Shown here: in pieces, positions 27,844-37,736 of the stretch
How positions within the stretch are numbered: the first letter of the stretch is position 1
Layout: every line of letters starts with the position of its first letter
Notes under the pieces: generated by a model
What the model was told of the DNA's origin: nothing
What the model saw: only the letters and a program-made list of their open reading frames with translations
The model's database searches: none
NCBI GenBank assembly: GCA_050250895.1
Contig: JBFWNU010000001.1
Location: forward strand, 128,001 to 192,000
From: Vulcanimicrobiota bacterium
GTDB lineage: Bacteria > Vulcanimicrobiota > Xenobia > Xenobiales > JADMJV01
Direction of reading: 5' to 3'
DNA: 64,000 nt
Translations under genes and position numbers: made by a program

Positions 27844-27947
27844 AGTACCTCCCTTTTTGCCCTGCAACATTCTCACTTGTGCGACCGGGGCCCTCCCCGA
27901 ACACCTGAGCGGAAGGGAGTTTGCGCCTCGGCACAAATAGCCGGCCG

Positions 27948-28658
27948 ATGTTGCGCAACAAGATTCAGGCTATCGAATCCGACGACCCCCAGTACTCTCA
28001 CCTCAGTCTCGAAGAGCGGCGCCGCCGGCTGCGGGTGCGATGCTATGTCAAGGTCGACCTGGGCGAGCTGGGTCGGGGCATCGTCACCGACCTCAGCATG
28101 GAGGGGGTGCGCATCAAGTTGGCCCAACCTTTGAGCGAGGGTGACGAGGTCTTGATTCGCTACACCGAGTCCAGTCAGGGAGACGTGCGTTGTCGCGCCG
28201 TCTGGACCCGCCAGGAGCGCGACCAAACGGTGGCCGGCCTGACCTACCATGATAGCGGCGAGAATATGCGTCGTTCCTGGGTGAAGTATGTGCTCGAGGG
28301 CCTGGGCTTCGACGAGACCAAGACTTTTCAGCGCCGCAAGCATATTCGCGCCGAAGCCTCGATTCCGGCCCGAGTCTTGAGCGAGCCCAGCCAGAAAGGG
28401 CGGGTCGTCAACGTCGGCATGGGGGGTGCTCTGCTCGAGACCGAATCGCCACTGGTGCCCGAAGAGCGCATCCAGCTCGAGGTCTGTCAGTGGCGTATCT
28501 TGCCGGCCCTGCGAGTCGAGGCCGGCGTGCTGCAGACCCGCCAGGAGAAGTCGGGCGGCCCCTATCTGAGCAGCCTGCTGTTTCTAGAGATGGAGCCGGA
28601 TCAGGTCAAGTTGCTGGGCAACTACGTCATCCATCTCATCAATCAGACCGAGGTGTAG
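27948..28658 (+). CDS. tandem PilZ domain (c-di-GMP binding) protein
   Basis: RRRRLR..DLSMEG and RRKHIR..NVGMGG, i.e. RxxxR plus D/NxSxxG twice. Confidence 0.85.
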   Translation: MLRNKIQAIESDDPQYSHLSLEERRRRLRVRCYVKVDLGELGRGIVTDLSMEGVRIKLAQPLSEGDEVLIRYTESSQGDVRCRAVWTRQERDQTVAGLTYHDSGENMRRSWVKYVLEGLGFDETKTFQRRKHIRAEASIPARVLSEPSQKGRVVNVGMGGALLETESPLVPEERIQLEVCQWRILPALRVEAGVLQTRQEKSGGPYLSSLLFLEMEPDQVKLLGNYVIHLINQTEV

Positions 28659-29659
28659 GCGACCAGGCGCTCGAGCACCCCGGCGGCGGCCCCTGAGGCC
28701 AGCGCCTGGCGGGCCAGGGCCAATCCGGCCGTGAAATCCTCGGCTAAATCCGCGGCCACGAGAGCGGCGGCCGCATTGAGCGCCACGGTGTCGGCCCGGG
28801 GACCGGCTTCACCGGCCAGAATGGCTCGGGCGATGGTCGCGTTCTCGGCCGGTCCGCCTCCGGCCAGCGCCTCGAGGGGAGCCAGCTCGAGGGCGAGTTC
28901 GGCGGGATGGAGTTCGAACTCCTGAATGGCTCCCTGACGCAGGCGGGCCACCCGCGAAGGCCCCGAGGGAGAAAACTCGTCAAGACCACCGTGCCCGTGC
29001 ACCACCAAGCAGCTTTTGATGCCCAGACGCTGAGCCAGCTCGGCCACCGGACGCACCCACTCGGGGCTGAAGACTCCGATCACCTGGGCTTCGGCCCCGG
29101 CCGGGTTAGACAAAGGACCGAGCAAATTGAAGACGGTACGAATGCCCAGGCTGCGGCGAACGACGGCCACATGGCGCATGGCCGGATGAAAATGAGGGGC
29201 GAAGAGAAATCCGAAACCCACCTCGTCAACGCAGCTGGCCACCCGAAGGGGATCAGAGACCAGACCAACCCCCAACGCCTCGAGCAGGTCGGCGCTACCG
29301 CACTTTGACGATACCGAGCGATTGCCGTGCTTGGCCACCACCCCACCGGCGGCGGCCACCACCAGGGCGGCCACGGTCGAGATGTTGAAGGTCGAAGCTC
29401 CGTCGCCCCCGGTGCCGCAGGTGTCGACCAGCGGGCGGCGCCTTACCTGCAGGGCCACCTGGTGCCCACGCAGGGCCAGGGCTGCCCCTTCCAACTCGTC
29501 GACGGTCTCGCCCTTGACTCGCAGTCCCATGAGAAAGGCACCGACCAACCCTGGCTCGGCGCCGCCGGCCATGATCTCTTCGACGGCCTGACGACTGGCC
29601 TCGGTGGTCAGGTTACAACCCAGAGAGAGCGACCGCACGGCCTCTTGCAGAAAGGACAC
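28643..29659 (-). CDS. trpD: anthranilate phosphoribosyltransferase
   Basis: DTCGTGGDG, FNIST, KHGNRSVSSKCGSAD, RTVFNLLGPL. Confidence 0.96.
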   Translation of the reverse strand: MSFLQEAVRSLSLGCNLTTEASRQAVEEIMAGGAEPGLVGAFLMGLRVKGETVDELEGAALALRGHQVALQVRRRPLVDTCGTGGDGASTFNISTVAALVVAAAGGVVAKHGNRSVSSKCGSADLLEALGVGLVSDPLRVASCVDEVGFGFLFAPHFHPAMRHVAVVRRSLGIRTVFNLLGPLSNPAGAEAQVIGVFSPEWVRPVAELAQRLGIKSCLVVHGHGGLDEFSPSGPSRVARLRQGAIQEFELHPAELALELAPLEALAGGGPAENATIARAILAGEAGPRADTVALNAAAALVAADLAEDFTAGLALARQALASGAAAGVLERLVAYTSV

Positions 29660-29783
29660 GCCTGGCCTTTCTCGTCGGGTCGGGCCGGGCCCTCCGACGG
29701 GTCGTTTACAGCTGGGCAACATCTCGGGGAATGCCGTTCAGTATGGTCGTTCTGTTGTGAAGTGGACTCAATCCTCATTGGCT

Positions 29784-30326
29784 ATGCCCCGGTCGACTAC
29801 CGTGCTCGGAGTGGTCGGCGCCACCCGCCTGCTGGCCAGCGCGGGCCTTCCTGACGGGGGACGACTCATCGACCTCGAGATCGGCGGCAAGCAGGCCCGC
29901 GTAGCCGCCGCCCCCTCCTCTGACGGTTGCCTGCATCTGCGCGGTCACGGCCTCGACGTCAAGGTCGACGGCGATCACCTCAGCGGCTATTGCCCGGCCG
30001 GGCGGCTCAAGCTCGAGGTGCTGCGCCAGGGGGACCACACCACCGTCTCGGGCACGGTGGGCGGCGAACCTGTGCGCCTTTCCACCACCCGCTATGGCGA
30101 CGAGGTGTCGATCAGCGGGTCGGTGGGTAACCGCAACGTCTTTCTCACCCAACACCGACAGATCGACGGCCACCTGATCACGGGCTACGCCGGCTCGCAA
30201 GCCATGCATCTGCGCGAACGCGAGATCCCGGGCCAGGGCCCGAGTCTCGACCCGGTCACCTATCTGGCCGCGATTTTGCCGCCGGCCGACAGCAGCCAGG
30301 CGAGCCGAATCAACTACCTGGTTTAG
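29784..30326 (+). CDS. hypothetical beta-strand repeat protein
   Basis: Repeated (V/I)SG-x-VG / ITG strands; start uncertain. Confidence 0.55.
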   Translation: MPRSTTVLGVVGATRLLASAGLPDGGRLIDLEIGGKQARVAAAPSSDGCLHLRGHGLDVKVDGDHLSGYCPAGRLKLEVLRQGDHTTVSGTVGGEPVRLSTTRYGDEVSISGSVGNRNVFLTQHRQIDGHLITGYAGSQAMHLREREIPGQGPSLDPVTYLAAILPPADSSQASRINYLV

Positions 30327-30350
30327 CGTTCGGCGACTGGAAATACCAAC

Positions 30351-30366
30351 GCGCCTGAGGAGGCGC
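30351..30366. terminator. short hairpin between convergent genes
   Basis: GCGCCT-GAGG-AGGCGC. Confidence 0.3.
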
Positions 30367-30368
30367 AG

Positions 30369-32957
30369 CTAAGCGCCCCGGGCCTCGCCTAGATGCTCCA
30401 TGGTCTCGGCGTAGGTGGTCTGCTGGCTCTCTTGCACACCCAGCTGGCTGCTGAGTTGGCTCGAGAGATCTTCGAACTGAGCGATCCGCTCTTGAGTGAC
30501 CTTCTTGGTCCAGGGCAGCTTGGTGAAGATCTGGGGCTCGACGGCGTGCCAGCTGTCGGTGGGTGCCTCGCCCGGCCGATTGGCCGTGATGGTATCCAGA
30601 CTCATCACGAATTGGGGAATGACCGAGCCCAGCAGAGGCGGGAACTTAGGCGTGAGCAAGAACAGCTCGCGAATCACATTCTTATGAGCCACGGTGGCCA
30701 GGGGGTCCTTACCGGTGATGGTCTGGGCCAGACTGACGGCCTTGTCGTCGCTGTCGGGCCCCATCATTTGAGCTCGTTGGGCCTGCCACGCGGCCGGGTC
30801 GTCGAACTCGGCCCCTTTCACGCGGGCCCGCAACTCTGACCCCGGCTCGACCGGAATCTTGGCTTCGACCTCGATGTCCTTGAGCTTGCCGTTGTCGGTG
30901 CGGGTTCGGGCCCGCAGCTCGGCGCGAGCGTCGAGCAGCTTATGGTCGGCAGTGTCGAGATACTCGGTGTCGAGGGTGATGGTCTTGTAATGCTTGACCT
31001 TGTAGCTGCGCATCTTGCCGGTAGCATCGGCCAAAGTCAGCGTCTTGCCTTCGAGCCCCCGCACCGAATCGGCCCCGGCGGCATCGATCACGAAGTGTTT
31101 CTGGTAGTCCTTCTTGGCTTTAGGCTTGGGCGGATCGACCGGTTCAGCCACCACTTCTACACCGGGGAAGACCGATTCGAGATAACGAGCCGCGGCGTGG
31201 GTTTGCTCGGCGCTGGGGCGATAGGTGCCGGAGTTGTTGTTGATGTGGACGCGAATACCCTTGCTGCCGTCGTCTTTGGTGTACGTCTCGGCCCACATCT
31301 CGCCGGCCATGCGCACATCGTCGCTATAGTTGCTCAGCATCAAATGCTTGGACAAGACCCAGTCGGGCACTTTCTTGTCGACGTCGATGCGGGTCACCGA
31401 GATGCGATTTTCTGCCTTGTTGCCGGTGATGATGAAGTTGAAGACGGCCGGCTTGCCCTCTTCACCCACCTGCAGCATGCGGGCCAGTTCGTTGGGCGTG
31501 TAGGCGCCGGTCTCGTCGAAGGTGGCTCCCAGGGCCCCGCGCATGGCGTTGACGGCGGGCTTGGAAAAGGCCAGGCTCTTGAGCTTGTCGACCATACCCA
31601 TCTTCTCGTCTTTGCTATATTTGTCGGCCAGCGTTTTCGGCAGGAAGTCATCGACATTCGTCTGCTTGGGATTAGGCAAAGCCTCGAAGAGCACATGGGC
31701 GCCCCAATAGCGACGAATGGCGGCGGCCAGCAAGCCGGGGCGAGAGTTGCGCAAGCGCACGGGCGGGCCGTCTTCACTCTGGCTGAGTTTAGGCGCCTGC
31801 CGGGCTGCCTTCTCGGTCTCGCGAACCTTCTTGGCCAGGTCCTTGATGTCGCCGGGGGCCTCGTCTTTGCCCAGCATCTTCTCGATGGTGCGCACCGGGC
31901 TCGAAAGTTCTTTCATGATGACGCTGGCGAAGTGGTCTTCGATCGTCGTATCGGTGGTATTGATGAGGTCGAATTCGACCTTCTTGCCCTGATACTCGAG
32001 GCCGTGCTCGGCAATGCGTTTAAAGAGCCGGAACGGAAAGAGTTGTCCGGCCAGCGACTTGCCGCCCGAGGTAAAGCCCGCGCGGGTGAGAGCCTTGGCG
32101 TTGGCCCGGGCACAACTGATGGAAGTGTGCCCGGCCACCGTGTCCATGGCTTCTCGCAGGGCCGTGGCGGCCTCGGGAGGTAGATTTCGCGCGCGCAGCA
32201 GGACGCCGGATTGAACTCGGTCGACGTTGGTGCGCTTGGCGGCCTTGCGGAAATACATGAAGGCGTCGAGCTTCTCGTAGCCTTTGCCGTCTTCGCGGGG
32301 GATGACGGTATAGACGTTGGGCTTGCCAAAGGCGATCACCACCTCGTTTTTGTTTTCGAAGAGGTGGTCGAGACTGACCCAATTCTTGCCCTTGTGTTCG
32401 AACTGCTGCAGTCCGTTGGGATTGTTCTCGCCCACCTCGGTGCACAACACGGCTTTGGTCTTGTAGGCGAAAAATGGGTCGGGCCGGAGAAAGGAGCCAC
32501 ACTTGATGCCATACTTGGGATTGCTGCGCTCGCCCTGCAGCCCGCCCGCGGCCACCACGGCCAGATCGCTAGTGGCCGCCCCCCGAAGCTCTTCACCCAA
32601 CTGCTGCAGCTTCTCGCCCTGCTCGCCCTGGAGCAGCTTGATACTGCGATCCACCAGCGCCTCGGCCACATCGTCGCCGATCAGCGCCGTCAACTGACCC
32701 GACACGCCGCCCACCAGCGCCCCGGCCACCATCAGGGCCGAGCCGAGCTGACGCTCTCCCAGGCCCTTGGCCTCAAAGCGCGAGCTGAGTTTGGCCACGG
32801 CCTGGACCGCCTCGCTGCGTTGAGCCGACTCGAGTTTATCCAGGGTGCGGTCGGCATCGGTAGCCAACTCGGTGGCCAGCGTTTTGGCCCGTTGCGGGGA
32901 GTCGACAGAATGGGTGAACCGGTAGGGGTTGATGTGAGAGTTGATGGGCGTGCTCAA
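30369..32957 (-). CDS. 862-aa multidomain hypothetical protein with C-terminal CYTH-like domain
   Basis: TTG start with SD GGAGG; C-terminal TEYLDT.DHKLL.A.AELRAR..EVEAK is CYTH-like; central SKH..AGE..NNSGTYRP motif. Confidence 0.75.
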   Translation of the reverse strand: MSTPINSHINPYRFTHSVDSPQRAKTLATELATDADRTLDKLESAQRSEAVQAVAKLSSRFEAKGLGERQLGSALMVAGALVGGVSGQLTALIGDDVAEALVDRSIKLLQGEQGEKLQQLGEELRGAATSDLAVVAAGGLQGERSNPKYGIKCGSFLRPDPFFAYKTKAVLCTEVGENNPNGLQQFEHKGKNWVSLDHLFENKNEVVIAFGKPNVYTVIPREDGKGYEKLDAFMYFRKAAKRTNVDRVQSGVLLRARNLPPEAATALREAMDTVAGHTSISCARANAKALTRAGFTSGGKSLAGQLFPFRLFKRIAEHGLEYQGKKVEFDLINTTDTTIEDHFASVIMKELSSPVRTIEKMLGKDEAPGDIKDLAKKVRETEKAARQAPKLSQSEDGPPVRLRNSRPGLLAAAIRRYWGAHVLFEALPNPKQTNVDDFLPKTLADKYSKDEKMGMVDKLKSLAFSKPAVNAMRGALGATFDETGAYTPNELARMLQVGEEGKPAVFNFIITGNKAENRISVTRIDVDKKVPDWVLSKHLMLSNYSDDVRMAGEMWAETYTKDDGSKGIRVHINNNSGTYRPSAEQTHAAARYLESVFPGVEVVAEPVDPPKPKAKKDYQKHFVIDAAGADSVRGLEGKTLTLADATGKMRSYKVKHYKTITLDTEYLDTADHKLLDARAELRARTRTDNGKLKDIEVEAKIPVEPGSELRARVKGAEFDDPAAWQAQRAQMMGPDSDDKAVSLAQTITGKDPLATVAHKNVIRELFLLTPKFPPLLGSVIPQFVMSLDTITANRPGEAPTDSWHAVEPQIFTKLPWTKKVTQERIAQFEDLSSQLSSQLGVQESQQTTYAETMEHLGEARGA

Positions 32958-33011
32958 GACAATCCTCCAAACTAGAGAAATTGGCTATTGGCACGGGCTT
33001 TCCCTTTGGGG

Positions 33012-34013
33012 TCAGGCCGCGGGGAACAGTTCGCACAGGAACTGATACATCTGGGGGTCGGCCTTCTTGAGATAGTCGCGAGGACCAGGCTCGAAAAACG
33101 CTTCCACCGACTCGGCGAAGTACTCGGCTGGATTGGTGCTGGCATACTCTGAAACCAGGCCGGTGCGCTGGCGGGCGAAGGAATTCCAAAGCTCGACCGA
33201 AAGAGCGTGGGTCCGCCGCTTGCGAGTGGTGTAGGCGTGTTCATAGGCGTGGGCGAACTCGTGGCGGGCGCACGAACGGTTGCGCATGGCCAACAACTCT
33301 TCGCCCACCACCAACAGCCGGCGGGAGGGGTCGTATAGACCGCGCACCATCGCCCACGGTCGCCCGTCAAAGCTGCGCTCGCCGGGGCCCACCACGAACA
33401 TGTTGTTGATCTTGAGGTCGGACAGGGCTTTGCTGCGCTCGAGCACGATGACTCGCACGCCGAAAGACTTGACTTCGTTGATAGCCTCGATACCAAAGAC
33501 CGAAAGCTCGCGCATCACGTGGTGGCGGGCCTGATTGCTGGGAGCGTAGTTGATCATGCGACCCACCAGTTCGGCCGCCGGACCGCCGGGAGCCATCGAA
33601 ATCGGAGCCCGAGGCTTACCGGCGGCATTGCCCGAGAGTTGGATGACGGGCGGAATGAAGGCCTGCGCCACCGGTTGGCGCGGCATCTTCTCGCGCTCTT
33701 CTTCCAGTTCGCGACTGAGGTCTTCGAGCGTCTCGAGCAACGCCCCGAAGCCCTCAGGCTGCTGCTCTTCATCCTCCAGGTAGCCCTTTTTCTTCTTGCG
33801 CCGCAAGTCGCGCCGCAGCTTCTGCAGCAATTCCTTGGCCTCGGGCGAGAGGTTGACCTGGTCTTCAGAAAGGAGGCGGAGAAGGGTTTCGCCATCAAGC
33901 TCGTCCTCAAGTTGCTTGAGCACGTTCGGCTTGATGCTGCGGGCCATCTCGCGCTGCACATGTTGAATGTGCTGGGCGTCGTAGTTGCCGAAGTTCGGTC
34001 CGCGAATCTCCAT
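33012..34013 (-). CDS. anthrax-lethal-factor/Pro-Pro endopeptidase-like zinc metalloprotease
   Basis: RSFDGRPWAMVRG, HEFAH (HExxH), YASTNPAEYFAES. Confidence 0.8.
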   Translation of the reverse strand: MEIRGPNFGNYDAQHIQHVQREMARSIKPNVLKQLEDELDGETLLRLLSEDQVNLSPEAKELLQKLRRDLRRKKKKGYLEDEEQQPEGFGALLETLEDLSRELEEEREKMPRQPVAQAFIPPVIQLSGNAAGKPRAPISMAPGGPAAELVGRMINYAPSNQARHHVMRELSVFGIEAINEVKSFGVRVIVLERSKALSDLKINNMFVVGPGERSFDGRPWAMVRGLYDPSRRLLVVGEELLAMRNRSCARHEFAHAYEHAYTTRKRRTHALSVELWNSFARQRTGLVSEYASTNPAEYFAESVEAFFEPGPRDYLKKADPQMYQFLCELFPAA

Positions 34014-34023
34014 GAGCCTCACC

Positions 34024-34052
34024 ATTATAAACGCCTGTCAGGTTGGGTTCAA
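34024..34052 (-). promoter_or_regulatory. sigma70-type promoter, near-leaderless
   Basis: TTGAAC-N17-TATAAT ending 10 nt before ATG 34013. Confidence 0.7.
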
Positions 34053-34229
34053 CGGTTGGAAGGGTCGCTTTCGGTTGGATTTGTTAAAATTTCTCGAAAA
34101 TGTCTTCGATTGAGGCAGGACGAAAATCCCACTTCTTGAAAAATTTTATCTACTCGTTTGGCTGTCCGAGGGGGGCGGCCAGATGCTGTCAGGCAAAGTT
34201 TCTAGGCTTTTTCTCAGGGAGTCCTTTTC

Positions 34230-35468
34230 GTGAAAAATTCGTATTCTTCGACCCCTCGAAGGAGGGGACGACGCACCCGTCGCGTTCGGTGGTGGCTGGT
34301 GGCCGTTACCGCCTGTGGAGTTCTCGGAGTGGGGGGCCGCTTCGCCTGGTCCATGACCGGCGGCGACCCGCTGGAAGCCCCCAAGCACGCTTACCTGGCC
34401 GGCCCGGCCGACCAGATGCGTAGCCTTTCTCAGGACTATGGGGTCGAGATTTCTCAATTGCCCGCAGGCAATCAGAAGGTCGTGGTGGACCTGGGCACCC
34501 GCTTGCCGCTGGGTCCGAACCAGCTCGACGGCCGCAAGTTCCGCGCCGCCATCGACACGCTCGAGCAAGCCTTCCTCGAGCAGGGAGCCTATCCGTCAGA
34601 GCTGCCCACCGCGCTGGCCGAAGAGTTTCCGCAGGCCCGGTATTCGACCGACGGCCGGGATTTCGAACTCACCTATCAGAAGCTATCCTACTCGTCGCTC
34701 ACCGGTTACCAGAGCCCGGAAACGGCTCCCGTAGCGGCCGCATGTCGCCCGGTGGTCGAGGTCAAAGACTCGGTCTGGCCCTGGGCCGGTCGCCATCCCG
34801 AGGTAGACAGCGACGAGCCGGTGTGGCACTTCGTCAACCAGACCGGTATTCTGGCCAGCCAGCAACCGGCCAATTTGACCTTTCCGCCCTCGGCTCTGCC
34901 CGAACAACTGCAGGCGCATCTAGGCAAATACAGCTATTTCGAAGCCCACCTGGATCCCCAGGGAGGAAGTCTTAGCGTCAAAGGTTTTCACCAGGAAGAC
35001 AAGCTCGAGCCCGAAGGCCCCCTGGGCGCCCCGGCTCTGGACCAGCCTTTTAGCCTGGTGGCCGATGCCCGCCTGGCCAGCTGGCTGGGAGCCTCGGTCA
35101 CGGGCAAGAGCCTGCGCCTGGAATCAAGCGACACCCTGACTCCTGATAGCCTGAGCCACTGGACCCAGCTGTTGGGGCAGGCCAGCCAGGCTCGCCCGCA
35201 GGGCTCAGACCTGGCCGAGAGCCTGGGATTTGGCGAGCTGCCCGGTCCCGCCCTGGCCGGTGGCCAGTTCGAGTGGGTGGGTGCCAACGGCGAGAGAACG
35301 CAGTGGCGCTGGGTGGCCGGCCGCAACCGCGGGCATGACTGGCTGCAGGCCCAGGCGGGCAAGCCCGACCGTCGCCTCAGTGCCGATGTGCCTACCGGCC
35401 AATCGGAGTTCGAGCAAGAGTTTTACAACTCCGGCATCCGGGTGGCCTCGGCCCATCAGCCTCAGTAA
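34230..35468 (+). CDS. hypothetical membrane-anchored protein with GspG-like segment
   Basis: Basic N-terminus plus TM; AIDTLEQAFLEQGAYPSEL resembles the pseudopilin core. Confidence 0.6.
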   Translation: MKNSYSSTPRRRGRRTRRVRWWLVAVTACGVLGVGGRFAWSMTGGDPLEAPKHAYLAGPADQMRSLSQDYGVEISQLPAGNQKVVVDLGTRLPLGPNQLDGRKFRAAIDTLEQAFLEQGAYPSELPTALAEEFPQARYSTDGRDFELTYQKLSYSSLTGYQSPETAPVAAACRPVVEVKDSVWPWAGRHPEVDSDEPVWHFVNQTGILASQQPANLTFPPSALPEQLQAHLGKYSYFEAHLDPQGGSLSVKGFHQEDKLEPEGPLGAPALDQPFSLVADARLASWLGASVTGKSLRLESSDTLTPDSLSHWTQLLGQASQARPQGSDLAESLGFGELPGPALAGGQFEWVGANGERTQWRWVAGRNRGHDWLQAQAGKPDRRLSADVPTGQSEFEQEFYNSGIRVASAHQPQ

Positions 35469-36043
35469 GCGAAATCGCGCTGCCAGCGAGCGTGGTCTAG
35501 TTCCATCCAGATTTTGGTCGAACTGCTGCCGTCGACCAGGCTGACCAGGTTCTGTTCGCGCTTGCGTCGGAAGCCGCACTTCTCGAAGCAGCGTTGAGCT
35601 CGGGTGTTGAAGTCGGCCGTATCCAGCTCGATCAAGTTGGTCTGGCGGCGCGTGAAGAGATAGGCATTGAGGGCCATCATGGCCTCGGTTCCGAAGCCTC
35701 CGTTCCAATACATTCGCTGGCCTATCATAATCCCGACCCGGGCAATCCGCTCACGGCCGCGGCGGCGCAGATTGAAGCGAACGAAGCCGATGAATCGCCC
35801 GTCAGGCGTCCAGATGGCCAGGGCGTTGCGCCGACCCGACTGGATCTCTTCACAGTACTCCCGGGCCAGCCGGTCGAGGGTCGGCCCGTCGGCCGAGGTG
35901 CCAAAGGCCAGCCGAATCAGGTCTTTGTCGTGGAACCAACGACGGATATGATCGATATCGGCCCGCTGCAGGGGGCGCAGCAAAAGCCGACCATTGGGAC
36001 TCTCGAACGGCCATTTCTCGCGTCTGGTCAGCAGTCGCAGCAT
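35462..36043 (-). CDS. GNAT (RimJ/RimL) N-acetyltransferase
   Basis: LLLRPL, WNGGFGTEAM, FNTRAQRCFEKCGF. Confidence 0.9.
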   Translation of the reverse strand: MLRLLTRREKWPFESPNGRLLLRPLQRADIDHIRRWFHDKDLIRLAFGTSADGPTLDRLAREYCEEIQSGRRNALAIWTPDGRFIGFVRFNLRRRGRERIARVGIMIGQRMYWNGGFGTEAMMALNAYLFTRRQTNLIELDTADFNTRAQRCFEKCGFRRKREQNLVSLVDGSSSTKIWMELDHARWQRDFAY

Positions 36044-36170
36044 TTGTAAATCCTTTTCGGCCCGAGCCGCCCCCTACCTTCAGGTCAGATTTTTTGGGCA
36101 GGAGGGAAAGATGCCGATGCGAAAGAACCCGAAAATTTAGATCACTATTGGGAATGGGAGACCGCTCGAT

Positions 36171-36797
36171 TTGGCCGCAAAGCGCGATTACTACATGATT
36201 CTCCAGGTGCCTCCAATCGCGCAGCCGGAGGAGATCAGGAAAGCCTATCGGGCCCTTTCCAAGAAGTATCATCCCGACCTCAATCCGGATATGAAACATG
36301 TATCCGACGAGAAAATGAAAGAACTGGTCGAGGCCTACAATACTCTCAACGACAAGGACAAGCGCAAGCTTTACGACAACCAGCCCCAGTTTCAGCTGCG
36401 CAAACATGCCAAAGGCCGCAAACCCGACAAAGCGGCCTTTACCAAAAAGGCAGAACCCAAGAAAGAGTCGTTCCTGCAAAAGTTCTTCTCGGGGATGTTC
36501 AAGAAAGACAGCGGCAAAGACGGCACCCCTGATCCCAAGCAAGCCGATGTCCATTTCACTCTGGGCCTGTCGATGTCCGACAACGAGTCCTTTCTCGATC
36601 AGGCCAAGGGCGAGTTCAAACTGGCTCTCAAGTATGACGGCAAGCACCGCGAGGCGGCTTACAACTACGCTTTGACCTGCTACCGACTGGGCGAGTTCGA
36701 CGAAGCTCGCATCGCCTTCCAAGACGTGCTCAAGAACTCGGCCAACGATCCGTATGCCAAGAAAATGATCAGCCTGTTGCACGACCCCGACTTCTGA
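36171..36797 (+). CDS. DnaJ-domain protein with C-terminal TPR
   Basis: [16 protein letters not shown] (HPD), TPR-like [18 protein letters not shown]. Confidence 0.9.
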   Translation: MAAKRDYYMILQVPPIAQPEEIRKAYRALSKKYHPDLNPDMKHVSDEKMKELVEAYNTLNDKDKRKLYDNQPQFQLRKHAKGRKPDKAAFTKKAEPKKESFLQKFFSGMFKKDSGKDGTPDPKQADVHFTLGLSMSDNESFLDQAKGEFKLALKYDGKHREAAYNYALTCYRLGEFDEARIAFQDVLKNSANDPYAKKMISLLHDPDF

Positions 36798-36855
36798 CCG
36801 TCTGTTCATAAAACGGTAAGATCGCGTCAACATCGCCTTCCTATGCTGAGAGGCG

Positions 36856-37662
36856 ATGATGATATCTAGCCAGAATACCGCTCTCGCCGCTCGTGCGGGC
36901 AGCCCGTTCGGTGCGGTCGCCCCCCGCAAGCTCGACGGTGGTCGGCTGGATCGTATGGACCAATACGTGCCCAGCCATCGAGCCGGGACGTCGGTCACCG
37001 GACCAGCGCAGCCCCGCCCTGTGCCCGGCCCCGACCTGGGGGCCGGCTCGGCCATTGGCGCCGCCGCTGGTGCCATGCCCGGCTTTCCCCTGCAAGTCTT
37101 GCTGCTGGGGCCCCCAGGCTCAGGCAAGAGCACGCAAGCGGCTGAACTGGCCGAACGGCTGGGCGTGGTCCACATCTCGATGGGCAATCTGTTGCGCGAA
37201 GAGATGGCCGCTGGCACCGAACTCGGCCGGGCTGTCGCGGACACCGTCAACGGTGGCGAACTGGCCCCCGGCGAACTGGTCTTTCAGGTGCTCGAGCAGC
37301 GGTTGGCCGCCGATGACGTCAAGAACGGCTTTATCATCGACGGATATCCGCGCGAACTCGAGCAAGTGCCTTTGCTCGAGGACCTCTGCCAGCGCCAGGG
37401 TATCGCCAACCTGCAGGTCGTGGGCCTGGATGTCTCGGATGGCGTGGTTCAACACCGTCTCGCGGGTCGAGGCCGCGCCGATGACAGCCCCGATACAGTG
37501 GCCCACCGCCTCGAGATCTACCACGATCGAACCAGCCAGGTGATCGACCACTTCATCAACGAAGGGCGCTTCTGGGTAGTCAACGGCGAGGGCTCGGTGG
37601 ACGAGGTGGCAAATCGCCTGGAAGACTGCGTTTCGCAGTGGTGTCCCACCCCCACTACCTAG
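36856..37662 (+). CDS. adk: adenylate kinase (short-LID type) with low-complexity N-terminal extension
   Basis: GPPGSGKSTQA, HISMGNLLR, GFIIDGYPR, RGRADD. Confidence 0.88.
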   Translation: MMISSQNTALAARAGSPFGAVAPRKLDGGRLDRMDQYVPSHRAGTSVTGPAQPRPVPGPDLGAGSAIGAAAGAMPGFPLQVLLLGPPGSGKSTQAAELAERLGVVHISMGNLLREEMAAGTELGRAVADTVNGGELAPGELVFQVLEQRLAADDVKNGFIIDGYPRELEQVPLLEDLCQRQGIANLQVVGLDVSDGVVQHRLAGRGRADDSPDTVAHRLEIYHDRTSQVIDHFINEGRFWVVNGEGSVDEVANRLEDCVSQWCPTPTT

Positions 37663-37736
37663 CCACCAGGAAACGCGCTTTAGATTAGCCAATACGGCCC
37701 CCAAAGCAGGGCTCACGACGAGCCCCAGGAGGCGCC

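Noticed and set aside
28643-29659. Orphan trpD, and rapZ-yvcK without whiA
   Set aside because: Scattered operons are common; there is no specific sign of novel function
32976-33010. Sigma28 promoter for the 862-aa gene (CAAAG..GCCAATAG)
   Set aside because: Spacing is 12 nt rather than about 15, and both boxes mismatch
37663-37736. SAM or cobalamin riboswitch upstream of the metH operon
   Set aside because: The gap is too short and no B12-box or S-box core was recognised
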